Assembly: GCA_030141605.1 (NCBI GenBank)
Contig: JAQGDQ010000082.1
Coordinates: 124,001 to 188,000, forward strand
Length of the DNA: 64,000 bases
Direction of reading: 5' to 3'
Source: Tubiluchus corallicola
Taxonomy: Eukaryota > Animalia > Priapulida
The notes under the pieces were generated by a model. The model ran no database searches, was not told where the DNA came from, and worked only from the letters and a program-made list of their open reading frames with translations. Shown here in pieces: positions 1-13,636 of the stretch; within the stretch, counting starts at the first letter, position 1, and each line of letters begins with the position of its first letter. A program made the position numbers and the translations under genes.

Positions 1-135
1 CATCACCGCTATCACCATCACCAGAATCACCATCACCATCACCATCACCATTACCATCAACACCACCAACACCACCATCATCATAATCACCATTCACCAT
101 CATCGTCATCGTCGCCGTCATCACCATCATTATTA
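1..135. repeat. Degenerate (CAC/CAT)n trinucleotide microsatellite
   Basis: Run of cac/cat/cgt triplets from the window start, e.g. catcaccatcaccatcaccacc. Confidence 0.85.
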
Positions 136-740
136 TCGTTGCTGCCGTTTTTTATATCGTCGTAATCGTTATCTTAATCATGCGTGTTTTTTCCGTTTTT
201 GGCGTTTTAAACTGGTCGCGCTTATGCGTGCGGTGGTGGTTACGCTGCTACTACTACAACTGCTGCTGTTGCTGTAGTAACATCTATTTCTGCAGCTATT
301 GCCGTTATAATGTTCCACTGTGATAGATCATCATCATATTACAGTGTAATTAAAAACATATATAAAACATTGTGAAGAAAGAGATGCACCAAAAATGTAT
401 GGAATAACACATGAACTGACGTTTTTATAATGACACATTTTCAATCACATCAGTAGGGAAGTTATTGTAATACAATAAAATACTTGAAAACCCAGCCATA
501 TAGACTTACAAGTAAATGTAATTTACTTACAAGATCATACAGGAGCTTAACGTTGATCCTGTAACACAAAATCAAATTCAGTATCGGATAATATATGCGG
601 TTTAATGGCACTTTTTATTTTTGTAAAAATATGAGTTTTTTTAACTACTAACCGCTATTGTTTTTTCTTGTTATTTATTAACACAACTAACCAATGAATC
701 TATTGTACTTCAGTAATTCGAAATAAATCATATATGTAAC

Positions 741-1044
741 TAGGGATGGATTACAACCTTTTGGGGACCCTAAGTTAATGGGACCCAGATGGAGCTACTC
801 TCTAATTACTTCCCACTCGAATATTTTTTCTGGTGATATATTTCAGCAATATTTGCTGAAACAAAGATCCTTTCTCCCAAATGAGGAGCCATTTTAAAAT
901 TGGATTTTCAGACTTCCTGGTCTCCTTTTTTAAAGTTGAAATGAATTATTCAGCAATGCGAAGTGTGGGCCCCACAGCTTGAGGGGCCGCACAGAGCCGC
1001 CTTAGCCTGCAGCCTCTACTAGCCCATAGGGTAATCCAGCCCTG
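741..1044. mobile_element. hAT-like MITE remnant
   Basis: Imperfect TIRs tagggatggattac (741) and gtaatccagccctg (1031-1044), with ggggaccc/gggccc-type subterminal motifs. No clean TSD. Confidence 0.55.
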
Positions 1045-1883
1045 TACACAGCCCGCAATAATGGACATGTCGTGACCGTAGTAACATTGCTACAACTGGG
1101 TTTTGAATCAATAAATCATCAGTTTATTAAATACTCAACAAATAAACAAAGCAGCTTATAACTGCGCTATCTACGCTAGCTTTATCAAAATCCCCACTGA
1201 CCTTATTAGAATCTCAAGGTAAGTGAAAGCCTGTCGTACGGTAACTTAATTGCAAAGTTTCTTTTAGCAAATTCCAATTACAGCTTATACTTCAAACACG
1301 TGCTGACACAAGTGTTGTATAAATGGGAAAAATGCTTCTTCCCATGAAGTTTGCCATTAGCGTGTAGTGTTCAGTAGTAACAGTTGTGCTTCGATGTTAG
1401 TTACGTTAACAATCTGAGAAGGGCGCAGTTACGATTGCTTAATTAGGTTCATTCAGCCAGTCAAGAGGCTGTTTAGCAAGGAAATGGTCTTGTGAAAGTT
1501 GTGAAAATCGCATAAACGAGCGTGAAATTCTATTCCCTGTAAACTTTAGTGGCGACATTCGCGCTATTACTGAGGTGACATTCGAGGTTGTTAGGAACTG
1601 ATCGTCAATTTCGATTGATCGTATGCGCCCTCAACTGTCCTTAAAAAAGGCTAAAGACATGGTAACTGTGCTAAAATCTGTTTCTAACAAACGTAGATTT
1701 TTTCAGTTTGTCAATTTATTTCAGCTAAAAGCCATATACAAATATAATCACACATACAATAAAATTTAAACTATACCGCACAATGTTAAAAATTTGTAAC
1801 TGAAAAAATCACATAAAATTAGACATCAAGTTAAAAAATTCATATACAAAGTAAAAGTTATCCTGTACGCAGAGGTTATATAA

Positions 1884-2465
1884 TTAAACCTGATAAAAGT
1901 ACCTTGGGCCAGTGCAACACGAAGTTTGACTTATATCATACGTTTGATACATTAAGAAAACCACAAATAATGAAATTATTACTTTTTTCGTTGATTCTTG
2001 CCAGATGCTATATGAAGCTTTTCTTCTTATTACAGTGAAATGTGGAATACGGTTCGTTGCACACATATCCGAAGCTCTATGCCATATTCATAATTAAAAA
2101 ATTTTCTAACAGCAGTATTATGCGCGATCTATGTTTACGAATATTGTATAAATTAAATTTCAACCATAGTCTAGAACAGTAGAATTGAGTACAATACGAT
2201 CGGAACAATACCTCTTTGACGTGTGCAGAACAGTTACCAAATCTCCTATTAACATTATTGGCTCTTATGTACAATAATCTTAGCTGATTCAAGATATCAG
2301 TATCATCACTTAGGTAGGTTATCACTCAAGTACTGGCCAAGGTACTTTTCATTATGGCTAACATCAACTTCTTTGCCACAAAGAAAACCCTACCAGGAAA
2401 AATGCTGTAGGCTAAGTGGTAAAAAAATAGATGCATTTAGTCTTTTTTACATTGAAAACGATATC
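1884..2465 (-). mobile_element. Decayed non-LTR retrotransposon, RT C-terminal/thumb fragment
   Basis: Minus-strand pieces FNVKKTKCI, EKYLG and LRLLYIRANNVNRRFGNCSAHVKEVLFRSYCTQFYCSRLW resemble the post-RT region of LINE ORF2. Frameshifted. Confidence 0.7.
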
Positions 2466-2919
2466 AATTTTAACAAATTATTTTTCACTGATTTAACAGC
2501 TAGGCTGTGTTTTTGATAGAATTTATGATTAAACTCGTATTATTTATGATTATTATATCATTAAAATCGAGTTCAATGAAATAAAAAAAGGTTAAAGCAA
2601 ATAGTCGCAATTAGTTCGTCGAAAAAAGAGAATCGGCGTTTCTTAACAATTCTTTAAGTACTTATGAGTTTATAATTTTATTGTTGACGAGAAATAAACA
2701 TAAAGAAATCGGTATTCAATAATGGAAGTAAGTACTAATATTCATTAATGAAAGTCAAACGCCACTCAGTCGGGTTGAACGACTACAGAACGAATCAATT
2801 AGGTCTTCCTTTTTAACTGTTGCTGTTGCCATACGTTAGTCGAGTGCGGCTGAACGAAATACGAATGTTATTTTACTTTTAGATCTTTAATAAACGCAGA
2901 CATCCACACCAATGTGTAA

Positions 2920-3390
2920 GCCAAAATTATTTTATGCAAACACTTAACGTTTCGATCCACTGGATCTTTATCAAATGTTGGTGTAATTATAAACCAAAGA
3001 TAAAGCTAGATTTTAAAACGGTACTAACTGCAACACATTAAATATTTACATGTATATACTGAACAATGCCAACTATTCTACTAACCAACGTCATACACCA
3101 CCAAGCTACACCACTAAACTACCGACTAAACCACAAAAACTACTAAAACTGCCAAAACATCATGCACCAAAGTTTTGGCAGTTGTTGGTAGTTGTTGTGG
3201 TTTGATGCATGATGTGTGTTAGTATAATAATAGTTATTATAGTTAAATGTTCAGTGTGTTTATATATACATGGAAACATTTACTATGTTGAAGTTGAATA
3301 CCCTTTTTAAAATCTAGCCTACGTTTGGTTTTTAAATGCAGGTGCATTTGATAATGAAACAGCGATCATGTGTTTGAATAAAATAGTTTT
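2920..3390. mobile_element. Imperfect long inverted repeat, probable Penelope-like element terminus
   Basis: aaccaaagataaagctagattttaaaacggta (~2992-3023) is mirrored by tacccttttt aaaatctagcctacgtttggtt (~3299-3330). The left arm carries a hammerhead-like motif at 2946-2975 (-). Confidence 0.55.
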
Positions 3391-5011
3391 GATCTGTATT
3401 TAACGTTTTAGCTGTATAATAAAAATATGTTTTTAGTGCGAGTCAAAACGTTTTCACAACTTTTGTGAACATCAGCGATTTCACTTTGGCGGAAAACATG
3501 GAGAATATTTGATTTCTTTATTAATATACGTTGAAATGGCACGTTCAATTTTAGTTCTTACGTTACCCTAGTGTCTAAAGTTACGCAATTTACTAATGTT
3601 TCAGGAACGATTTCTTTATAAACGGCCAACCCCGGGTGTAGTAAAGTACTTTCCTATTGCAAATTATGCAAAGTAAGTGGCGCCGTTCAGTGAGAAACAA
3701 CAGGCTAACATTTCGTTAAAATTATTTTATTTCTATGCCACTAGGGCCAAATTTGTCGAACATCTATTTGGGTAATGTTATTTTAGTGTAAAGCGGAAGT
3801 GATGCTGGCAAGCCACTGATTTTAATATTTTTTATACAAATTAAGGTAACTTGTACTTTATAATGCTCACCTGCTTATATGGCTGAGCATCCTTCTGTCT
3901 ACAATGATTCAAGTCTAGCTAAGTAAAACATCTGTAGTAATAGAAGTAACCTGGAATCTAGGCGTAGTAGTAATTTTAGTGTAGCTACATGCTTGCTGAC
4001 CAAATTATTTAGACCTTGAAGATCAATAGCGTATTTTCGAGAAATGATAACGGAGTTTTGCCTTTTCACAGCTTCTTGATATTAAAATCAGGTTCATTTT
4101 CAAAATTATACTGATCCAAATCACGCTCCAAAAAACGAAAGCTACATAAAATGTACTTTACTATCGCCATGTTGTTACTGTTGCAAAAGTCAAAAGCACT
4201 CACTGCCATAGCTTTTTTCAGAACCATTCCTGGAAGTTAATCAAACATATACACTAGAACGAGTGTTTTAGAGGCATGAACGTTTATATTACAAGGTTTT
4301 CAATAGATTTTATTGCACACATGCCATATTTTATTTATAGTCTGCCACGCGAGTGGTATTCATACAAGTATTATTAATTCCACATCGTCCTGTGGGTTAT
4401 TATAGGGAAATTCGCAATATTGCATCACCTGTGTGTTTGCTGCAGTATGATGTAACTGTACCAATAAATTACCAAGGAAATGAAATTACCGGCGTCTGGC
4501 GCTGTGCTTAGTATCAGAGGTATGAAACAATCCAGGTGAACATCTTAAAGACCTATATTTGATGTACATACTACATAAGCCTACTTGTTGTGTGAGAAAT
4601 TGTATTCAGGATATAGGTTATATGTCCACAATAGCATACAACCCAATCAATACAGTCATTGTTGCGTTAGCGTTGATCGCTTGTTAAGCCCTTGTCTGAT
4701 GACTGCCCTTCATAAACCATGCTTCTCTTACAGTATTTGTGGTGTACTAGATGCAAGTTTTCTCTCAGCGCTTTGCATCCTGGGAAAAAGAGCTCATTGT
4801 TTGTTCACATATTTATCTGCTCATTAATTTCAGTACACAAGCTTGCTGTATTATATAAATAAACTGCTGCAAAGCACAATAAAAAAACGAAAATAGTAAA
4901 GAAAAAATGACGCAATATAATACAAAAAGTTGCAGTTTCAAACAACAGTTATGAAACTTACAAAAATTCCAAAATTAATCAATAATAGTTAATGATTATC
5001 ATTTGTCATGC

Positions 5012-5160
5012 TGTAAGACACAGTACCCTTTGTCAAGGTAAAAAGACACAGTACTCTTTGTCAAACTGTAAAACACAGTACCCTTTGTCAAGGTAAAAAG
5101 ACACAGTACTCTTTGTCAAACTGTAAAACACAGTACCCTTTGTCAAGCTGTAAGACACAG
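5012..5160. repeat. Minisatellite, ~28-29 bp unit, ~5 copies (alternating dimer)
   Basis: acacagtaccctttgtcaaggtaaaaag alternates with acacagtactctttgtcaaactgtaaa. Confidence 0.9.
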
Positions 5161-7445
5161 CTCACTAATGTTCACTATGCACACTGTAAACAACACTGCC
5201 ACAAAATGATTTAGGTAGTGTGCGTTTACATCTAACCAGAAAGAGTCAGTTCCCTGTTAGCATATTAAGCTGAATATGAAATAACCCGAGTTAATTATTT
5301 AAATCGCAATCAATCATCAATGTAAAAATTGAAGGAAGAGCATTTGTTTTAATTATTTCTGCTGACAATTACTTTTTGCAGAAAATAACAATTTCATTTA
5401 TATTTCCTTTGGAAAACTCAAAGCAGTCAGAACGAACGTGTGGTTACAAATTAATTAACTATCGAGGATCTGAGTGAAGCATTACTCAAAATGACTAACT
5501 TGTTCAAAAGGAGTTATTTGACGTTTAAATTGAGAGCTCTGGGATGAACAAGTTGCTTAGTTAGCAAGTACTTTTGTTAATTTACTCAACTCAAGTATCA
5601 ATTACTTGAATCAGGTGTTACTCAAAATGAGTAATTCGTGCAATATAAGTTATCTAATATCTAAATTAAGGAACCTGTGTTGAACTTGTTGTTTAGTCAT
5701 CAGTACTTTCCTTGCAAATGAATAAATGGTTGGTTAGCTGGCTTAACTTTCTTACACGAATTATTTTGAATCATAGTTTGTCTGCTGATGGAACTGTTGG
5801 TTCGATCGCTCTGCTTAGTCGCGGTCCTTTTTTCCTCGGTATTTTCCCGAGACGGCTGATCCGGTTCCAATCAGCTTGCACAGCAGATGAGGTCTGAGCA
5901 CTAGTTGTGCGGAAAATTTTGATTGCCAGTCAACTAGCAAAGGCCGAAAAACTGCCAAGATAGGTACTTTTCTGGCTTCAAAATCTCCTCCAACACTGTA
6001 GAAGTAGTGATTACGAAATTCGGTACTGTTGGGTACCACCGGTAATTATCTAAAAGTTGTTGGAAAATGGAATTTTATATATGAAACTTTATAATATAAT
6101 ATAATACAATTTGAAATTTTATAATATGACCGCCGTCATGACGTCATCATTACTTCCGATGAGCCGTCGAACCTTTATCCCCCGACCGGCTTGGATGTAA
6201 AAGTAGCGCTGAATAAGCTAAATTAAATGTCAGGGGCTGCAGTAATTAAATAACGTTGGTTAGCTTGGTCTGTTTGCACGGGGGAGAAAAAACACTGATC
6301 AGTGTACAGAGAGAGAAAGAAAAAACAGGTTGTCATTTGCTTCCGTTATTTCTGTGGCTAGCTTTCGGTTATATATTACTTCTGGTATTTTTATTACATC
6401 ATTAATAGAATTCAAGCGGAAAAAAGGCAAAAAATAACTATGTAACTCTATACAATGGTTATCTGCCTATCCAGCAGTCAGGAGTGACATATAGCGCAAA
6501 TTTTCTAATCTGAAACGCACAAATAGGACGTGTAGTTATCAGATTTACCACAATAACTCAAAAATCACCAGTGTAGCTGCAACAAATACGCGTGCAGTGT
6601 TATTGTGTTTTTCTTCTGGCTACCTGGGCGAATTTGCAGTTACTGTGGTAAATCTTACGAAGTCCAGTTCGTGCACGTCAGTGCAATGAAAATGGTGTTC
6701 AGCTTCGAAATCAACGGAAGGGTTATCCGCAGTCACTTAGGTGTTATGAACTTAAATTCCCATCTCAATCATCCATTATTCTGACAAATGTGAATGTATG
6801 TCAATTTTAGTTCAGTAGCTTATTAACGTTTATAGATATGAATATCATCCATATCGACATATTCTGCTGTGAAAGGTGATACTCGAGCACAAATAGCATT
6901 AACGCGTTTTCTACAATAATACCCACACCACTGAGGAATGTAATGTTTGTCTTGAACGAGCGTGCAAAATATATCAATAGTCTGGCTCTTAATTATTAAT
7001 GGCTAATTACCATAGCGGAACTTTGCCAGTGACGTGAACCGTATTCGAACCAGTGCGGATCGAATGTACAATGCGTCGTGAAACTTACCGTTAACTAGTA
7101 AATATTTGGTGACACTAGGAACTGAATGGTGAATGCATTTAGCAGTGTTTGTATGGGTGTAAGTTTGTATCCTGTTTTTTTTCGTGTTTGTTAGTTAGTT
7201 TGTTTGATTGTTTCTGTCTAATGTTTGCTCGTTTTGATCGGTATTTTTGTCAGCATTTGAAGAACATTCACTTAATTGTAACGTTTGCCTTTTGTTCCCA
7301 TTCTGAGTTTGTCGAGTTCATGACAATTGTCTTTGATTGGCTCTCTTATGGTACAGACCTGAAAACAAATCGTTTTTTTATTTTGAATAAATAAATAATG
7401 AGCCAATAAATCAAAATGAGTTGGGCATCCCAGGCTTAATTCACT

Positions 7446-8560
7446 TAAGGTAAGGTAAGGAGAGGTAAGGTAAGGTAAGGTAAGGTAAGGTAAGGTAAGG
7501 TAAGGTGAGGTAAGGTAAGGTAAGGTAAGGTAAGGTAAGGTAAGGTAAGGTAAGGTAAGGTAAGATAAGATAAGATAAGATAAAGTAAGGTAAGGTAAGG
7601 CAAGGCAAGGTAAGATAAGGTAAGGTAAGACAAGGTAAGATAAGGTAAAGTATGATAAGGTGAGACCAGGTAAGGTAAGGTAAGGTGAGGTAAAGTAAGA
7701 CCAGGTAAGGTAAGGTAAGGTAAGGTAAGGTAAGGTAAGGTAAGGTAAGGTAGGTAAGGTAAGGTAAGATAAGGTAAGGTAAGGTAAGGTAAGGTAAGGT
7801 AAGGTAAGGTAAGGTAAGGTAAGGTAAGGTAAGGTAAGGTAAGGTAAGGTAAGGTAAGGTAAGGTAAGGTAAGGTAAGGTAAGGTAAGGTAAGGTAAGGT
7901 AAGGTAAGGTAAGGTAAGGTAAGGTAAGGTAAGGTAAGGTAAGGTAAGATAAGGTAAGGTAAGGTAAGGTAAGATAAGGTAAGGTAAGGTAAGGTAAGGT
8001 AAGGTAAGGTAAGGTAAGGTAAGGTAAGGTAAGGTAAGGTAAGGTAAGGTAAGGTAAGGTAAGGTAAGGCAAGGCAAGGCAAGGCAAGGCAAGGCAAGGC
8101 AAGGCAAGGCAAGGCAAGGCAAGGCAAGGCAAGGCAAGGCAAGGCAAGGCACGGCAAGGCAAGGCAAGGTAAGGCAAGGCAAGGCAAGGCAAGGCAAGGC
8201 AAGGCAAGGCAAGGTAAGGTAAGATGAGGTAAAGTAAGACCAGGTAAGGTAAGGTACGATAAGGTAAGGTAAGGTAAGGTAAGGTAAGGTAGATAAAATA
8301 AGATAAGGTAAGGTAAGGTAAGATAAGGTAAGGTAAAGTAAGACCAGGTAAGGTAAGGTAAGGTAAGGTAAGGTACGATAAGGTAAGGTAAGGTAAGGTA
8401 GATAAAATAAAATAAGATAAGGTAAGGTAAGGTAAGGTAAGGTAAGGTAAGGTAAGGTAAGGTAAGGTAAGGTAAGGTAAGGTAAGGTAAGGTAAGGTAA
8501 GGTAAGGTAAGGTAAGGTAAGGTAATAAAATGTAATGTAAGTTAAGGTAAGAAAACATAA
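7446..8560. repeat. (GTAAG)n pentanucleotide microsatellite with an internal (GCAAG)n block
   Basis: About 1.1 kb of aaggt units. gcaag variants lie at ~8069-8213, and the interruption gtaaagtaagaccagg recurs. Confidence 0.98.
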
Positions 8561-11343
8561 TATTAGATAAAATGTAAGGGGATATGTAATGTAAAGCAAT
8601 TAATGTAAGAAAGATGAGGCAAGGAAAAGGTAAGCTAAAGTAATATAGAGTAACTCGTGCGTTGATAATGAGGAACTAAGATTTCGGTTTCGTCACGACA
8701 ATCCAGTTTGATTCCGGCCTGTCAGTTGAGCTTCCGAATATGATAAAAAGGGCAATTTTTTTTATAAACTGAAGCCGAATAAAATGACTTTTGTCAGTAA
8801 TGTAGGCGAGCCTATAATACATCATTGCTGTTGCATAGACGACGACAACATTTTCCGCAGTTATCTGCCAGACTTTGTGTACATCATTCAATTAGGAATA
8901 ATTGCATGTCATAGAACAGTTCAGTAACTGCGTAACGCATTTATTCTTGCGTGTTTGTGATGCTACAACAATCCTTTCAAGAATATTGCGTGCATAACGT
9001 TTGTGAGAACAGGGTGTTTCAAAAGAAACTGCGTAGTAAAAATACGATGATAAGCGTAAGCGAGTAATACCTTCCATGGCTGATATCATTGATATGCATT
9101 TAATGGAGTGTACAAAAATCACATTATGTGGTATTGAAGGTGGGGCAAATGGTTTAAAGCGCTACCGCTTTTCGTTGTGAATTGTTCAGTATATTTTAGC
9201 ATATCAATGTATTTGCATTGCACTGTTTCTTCTGGACACCTATGCAGACTACTCACGCTTTGTATTAATTAATATATTAATAACAATTTTCCACCGATTA
9301 ACCAATGATTTAAAAATATTGACAGCAAATAAACTTTCTAGTGATACAAAATTAAGTAAATTTATTAAAGAACAAAAGCACATTAGATTTAAAGTTGTAG
9401 CAAATAGAGGTATCTAAAAGGTATTTAGATAAATAGTTTATTCCGTGGTCAAAGCGTTTTCAGTAAATGTATTTCAAGTACAATTGATTTGAAATTTTTA
9501 GAGTAACAAATCTAATTCAAATCAGTTTTCAAATTCAATATTTTCGAATTAGACAAACTGTTAGGAAAAGTGGTACAGCAAATATTAATTATAAAACCAT
9601 TATAATCATTATAAAATCACATTATAATATGCTGTGTAGGTAACATAAAGCAGGTATATATGCAAAGGAAAAGGTTCTGTGCACCTGGGTTTATAACATA
9701 AAAAGCAGATTACTAAATTAACACGTAAAAATAGAATAAAATGTAATATTTGATATTTCTAATCATTCATCGCGATGAATTCTGCAGCACATTTTACTTT
9801 CTTGCTTCGATTCCCATGCACGTGGTTTTCAATCTGCATGCAACGTCTGACAACCATTCTTTAGTCTTATTATTCCAAACCACACGAGTGACCAGACTAA
9901 TTTAAAGACAAATTGCATCCTCATCTTACTCGACGTTTTCAGAAGAGGAGATGATTGTATAGTTGGCTTCCTACAGAGCTCAGTCTTCGGCGTTAATCAG
10001 TCACTTTAGCGTATTTGACAGATTTGTAAAAATTGCAAGAGTTTGTAATTGCAGAAATTAGTGACTGCCCAAATGAAAGTGTAGTTAACTCAGTTAAATC
10101 GCTAAATTGGTTGTTAAACGGCTGGTGGCTGCGTGATTCTCTTGAGTCGTGTAAACTCGGTTAATTTTTGATTCTTTGGGAAAGTCTGTATTGATGAAAT
10201 TCATATGGAATGCTAACCAATAGTCTTGTGCTTTTCACAAATTAATATGCAGTAAAATTGATAACGTATGTATATATTATATACCATAAAATGGATTACA
10301 ATAAAATGACAATCCTCGGTGTTAAAGCTATTTTTAGTATTAAAATACTGTTAAAGGCAAACGCGTTGGGTGCAAAACTATAAACCACTAGTGCATCAAA
10401 CTATAACAAAAGCAACAATTCAGTACACTTATTCACATACATATTTACCATAGCTACATAATGCAACACATAAGCACAATACCATAGGTGAAATACATAG
10501 GGTAAAATGGGCTAATGTCGGACAAAAATGGCTTTTTCAGGTTTCTATCTACATTTTACACAAGAATGCCTGATAAATTAAAGCTAAGCTGTTAGGGAGT
10601 CAGGAAATAAAAAATGGAGTAGCTGGGTAAAATATAAAATGCTGTGATAATTAAATGCGTTGCTTCGCCATTTCAAAAAATGGGGTAATGTCAGATACTT
10701 GCATGTAATGTCGGATAGTTGGCAAGATAACGTCGGATGCAATTTGCCACTTTGTAGTTATGGCATTTAAATTCTTTGTAAGATCGAGATTAATCAGTGA
10801 CAACATGAGAGAAATGTTATAGCACAGAATAAACAACCGCCCTCACAGACATTTTTCTCTGTGTTGTTCCACCGCTAAAGTATTCATTTATTAATCTATA
10901 TGTATTTTATTATTATTTTTATTATAATAAAGTTTTTTATTATATGTATTTGCAGCATTTTTACCAGCCGTGTCGATAACAGTTTTCTCCCCGTGTTTCT
11001 AAAACGATTAAAACCATATTATTTTTCATTTTTGCAAACAGAAGATACATCAAATCGTCACAACATACAAATACATACATAAATATGAATATAATACATG
11101 GTGACGAACAACACATAAAAAGTGTGAATAGCAGCTACCATGAAAACATCTAGGCAAAAATTGTTTATTTGACAATGTGGATTAATTATTATAATCTTCA
11201 TGTAATGATTATCATTAATGATGTTACAAACCCCACAATAATTTAAATGGTCGACAAGAAATGTTAAAAAGCTGGAATGCAGTCTGGATTTGGTTAGCCA
11301 TCTATAAGAAATAAACATTGGACTGTCGTGGCTACCGCGGAAT

Positions 11344-11470
11344 GCAGTGTCTTAGTGGTCTAAGGCGCATACAAGGCTAGCAGAAGGTTTCTGGTTCAAA
11401 TTCAGGTTTCATTCTAACTATCACACTTCGTGTTTTGCAAGCTTGGCATCAAAATTGAATCAATTGTGGG
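11344..11470 (+). mobile_element. tRNA-derived SINE-like copy
   Basis: A-box-like tagtggtctaagg and B-box-like ggttcaaattc. The 3' part resembles the copies at 11640-11745 and 11810-11920. Confidence 0.5.
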
Positions 11471-11639
11471 TGTGAAATATAAATAACAAAATGGATTTTC
11501 GAATTCTTCTCCTTTAGAGTTTTTAAACAATTATTTACATACGTGATTTATTTATAAGGAAACCTTTGCGGTTGTTTTTTTGACAAATTAGTTATTAATA
11601 ATCTTATTGTCATTAATGATAGTAAAAATCCAAGATTTT

Positions 11640-11920
11640 TAGTTACATTTTGATGACTAACACGAAAGACAGGAAACGTGAAAAATTGGAATGAAGCCTG
11701 GATTTGAACCTGGGACTTTCGACTTGCAACTCCGTAACCGCTAGGTGGGCGCTGTAAACAATAGGCCCGTTCACTATGTTCATCCTTAATAGCTGGTAAA
11801 CCATTTCAGCATTTCCATGGTTGTCTTGTAAGTCAAAGGTTCCTGGTTCAAATCCAGTCTGTGTTCCATCTTTTCACGTTTTGTATCTTTCGAGTTTGGC
11901 ATCAGAAGTTAATTAATTAC
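11640..11920. mobile_element. Head-to-head inverted pair of tRNA-derived SINE-like copies
   Basis: gcctggatttgaacctgggactttcgacttgcaac (minus copy) mirrors gtcttgtaagtcaaaggttcctggttcaaatccag (plus copy). Similarity continues into the tails: aaacgtgaaaaattggaa versus ttccatcttttcacgttt. Confidence 0.6.
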
Positions 11921-13217
11921 GGTTTGTACCCTTTTTGGTAAATCCATTTTTCATTTTTTATTTCATTCTCGGCAAAATGTGTGAAGTTAATTTTGCTAAA
12001 TGTTCACACTGTCATCAACTGGCTACCCGATTGACACTGTTCTTAGACCATTTTCAGTTAGGCCTTTGTTAAAACTGCAGTCATCGTGCTTTGCCATTTT
12101 TCTACATTTGCACGCAATGGCAAACATGGGAAAAACGTGGCTTTACAATTGACCTAAATATTTGCTTACCGATATTGCTTAAACTTTGCTTCTGTTTCAG
12201 AATTTTTTTTTTAAAAACTTTTAATTTTAATTATTCAGAATAATCAATAATGGATGGGGATAACAAGTGAGATTCAAATTTTTCAGCTGATGAAAACATG
12301 TTCTGAGCGTGTAGCTCACATAAAGTCCACATTCGACCATTAAAAACTTGTCCATTTTGTGGCATGATTCATTAATTTCTGTGCATATGCTCCAGTCTTA
12401 ATTCCGTGTTAATTGACCCGAGCGGGAACCAAACATAAATTTTGGATTCATTTTCAGAAAACGACCCACTGGCGGACTTCGGAAGCAGGCAAAACTGATT
12501 GAGTGATTTACAAGTCAGCTCTAAAATTTCTAAACCTAATTTGTTGTTTTCCTGTCGCCACTTTACATAAACAGGTTGTCAGGCAAACTGTATCCTTTAC
12601 GGCTATTCTGGCAGCAAAAACTCAGACCTTTCAATCTTATCCACCCACGCATTTCTGCTCAAAGTTGAAAGTCTTTCAGTCAAGAAACCTTTAATTGCGA
12701 ATTTTAATTTCCTGTACATGGTTTGGCTTAATATGTTGATGATTGGTTTTAGAACTCAAGTAAGAACTTACTGCTAATATTGACTTCGTTTAGCAGTTAT
12801 TTTCAAGGTTGCCCTGGATATGAAGTTTCACATTCATATGCACATACATAATTCATAGATTTTACGTAGTTATCCATGGATAAGATTCTCATCCATAGAC
12901 GCAAGTCTTATAAGTATTTATCCTCCAAATTCCGGCAAAGCACTTGGCTTTTAAATTCTATTATATTGACATGTAAAAAAGCAAAAAATTAAACATTTGT
13001 AGTTGGTTAAAGCAAAACAGTGCTTCTGTCACATACACAATTGCATATTGGTCTAGAGGGCGTACAAGTAGTACATGTTATTATAAAATACATTAATTGT
13101 TGAAACAAACTGAATTTCGCAACAGTCAGACAAACAATCATAGAACCCCTATAAGCAGAATAAATCAGATTGTAGGTATATAAGGATATATCTATAGTAT
13201 GGCGTACGTCTGACAAC

Positions 13218-13333
13218 CAGGGCCTATTTCAAGGGGGGGGAGTGGGGATACTTCCCCGGGGCCTCACCCTCCAAGGGGGCCTCGCGCCAAGGTAACATTT
13301 TTTTGCTTTACGCGAACATACTGCCTCTTCTCT

Positions 13334-13401
<68 letters not shown>

Positions 13402-13636
13402 GCCAGTATTGACAAGTATTAAGGACTGGTCTTGAGAATAAAGCAGTTTTTCTTTCAATTGTTCTTTCCTTTAACAACTGTATAACTCCATATTTTCTCT
13501 TCGAAAATGCTTCTCCGGCGTTCTAGCAGTTCAAAAATTTTCTGGGCGCTAACCATGGTAGCGCCCGCCCCCTTCCCCCGATGGGGCCTCACACGCCCCA
13601 CTTCCCCGGGCCTCGCCTAGGCTGAAATAGGCCCTC
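13218..13636. mobile_element. hAT-type MITE with 8-bp TSD and internal (CT)n
   Basis: TIRs cagggcctatttca (13218) and tgaaataggccctc (13623-13636). Flanking duplication ctgacaac (13210-13217) / ttgacaac (13637-13644). (CT)n lies at ~13341-13397, and cttccccgggcctc is repeated inside. Confidence 0.85.

Noticed and set aside
7272-8599. Three long overlapping minus ORFs (LPYLT repeats)
   Set aside because: Artefact of the (CTTAC)n microsatellite, which has no stop in any minus frame.
10500-10740. Repeated taatgtcgga motif
   Set aside because: Likely subterminal repeats of a DNA-transposon end, but no matching opposite terminus was found.
13229-13477. ERERER ORFs
   Set aside because: Translation of the (GA)n tract inside the MITE.
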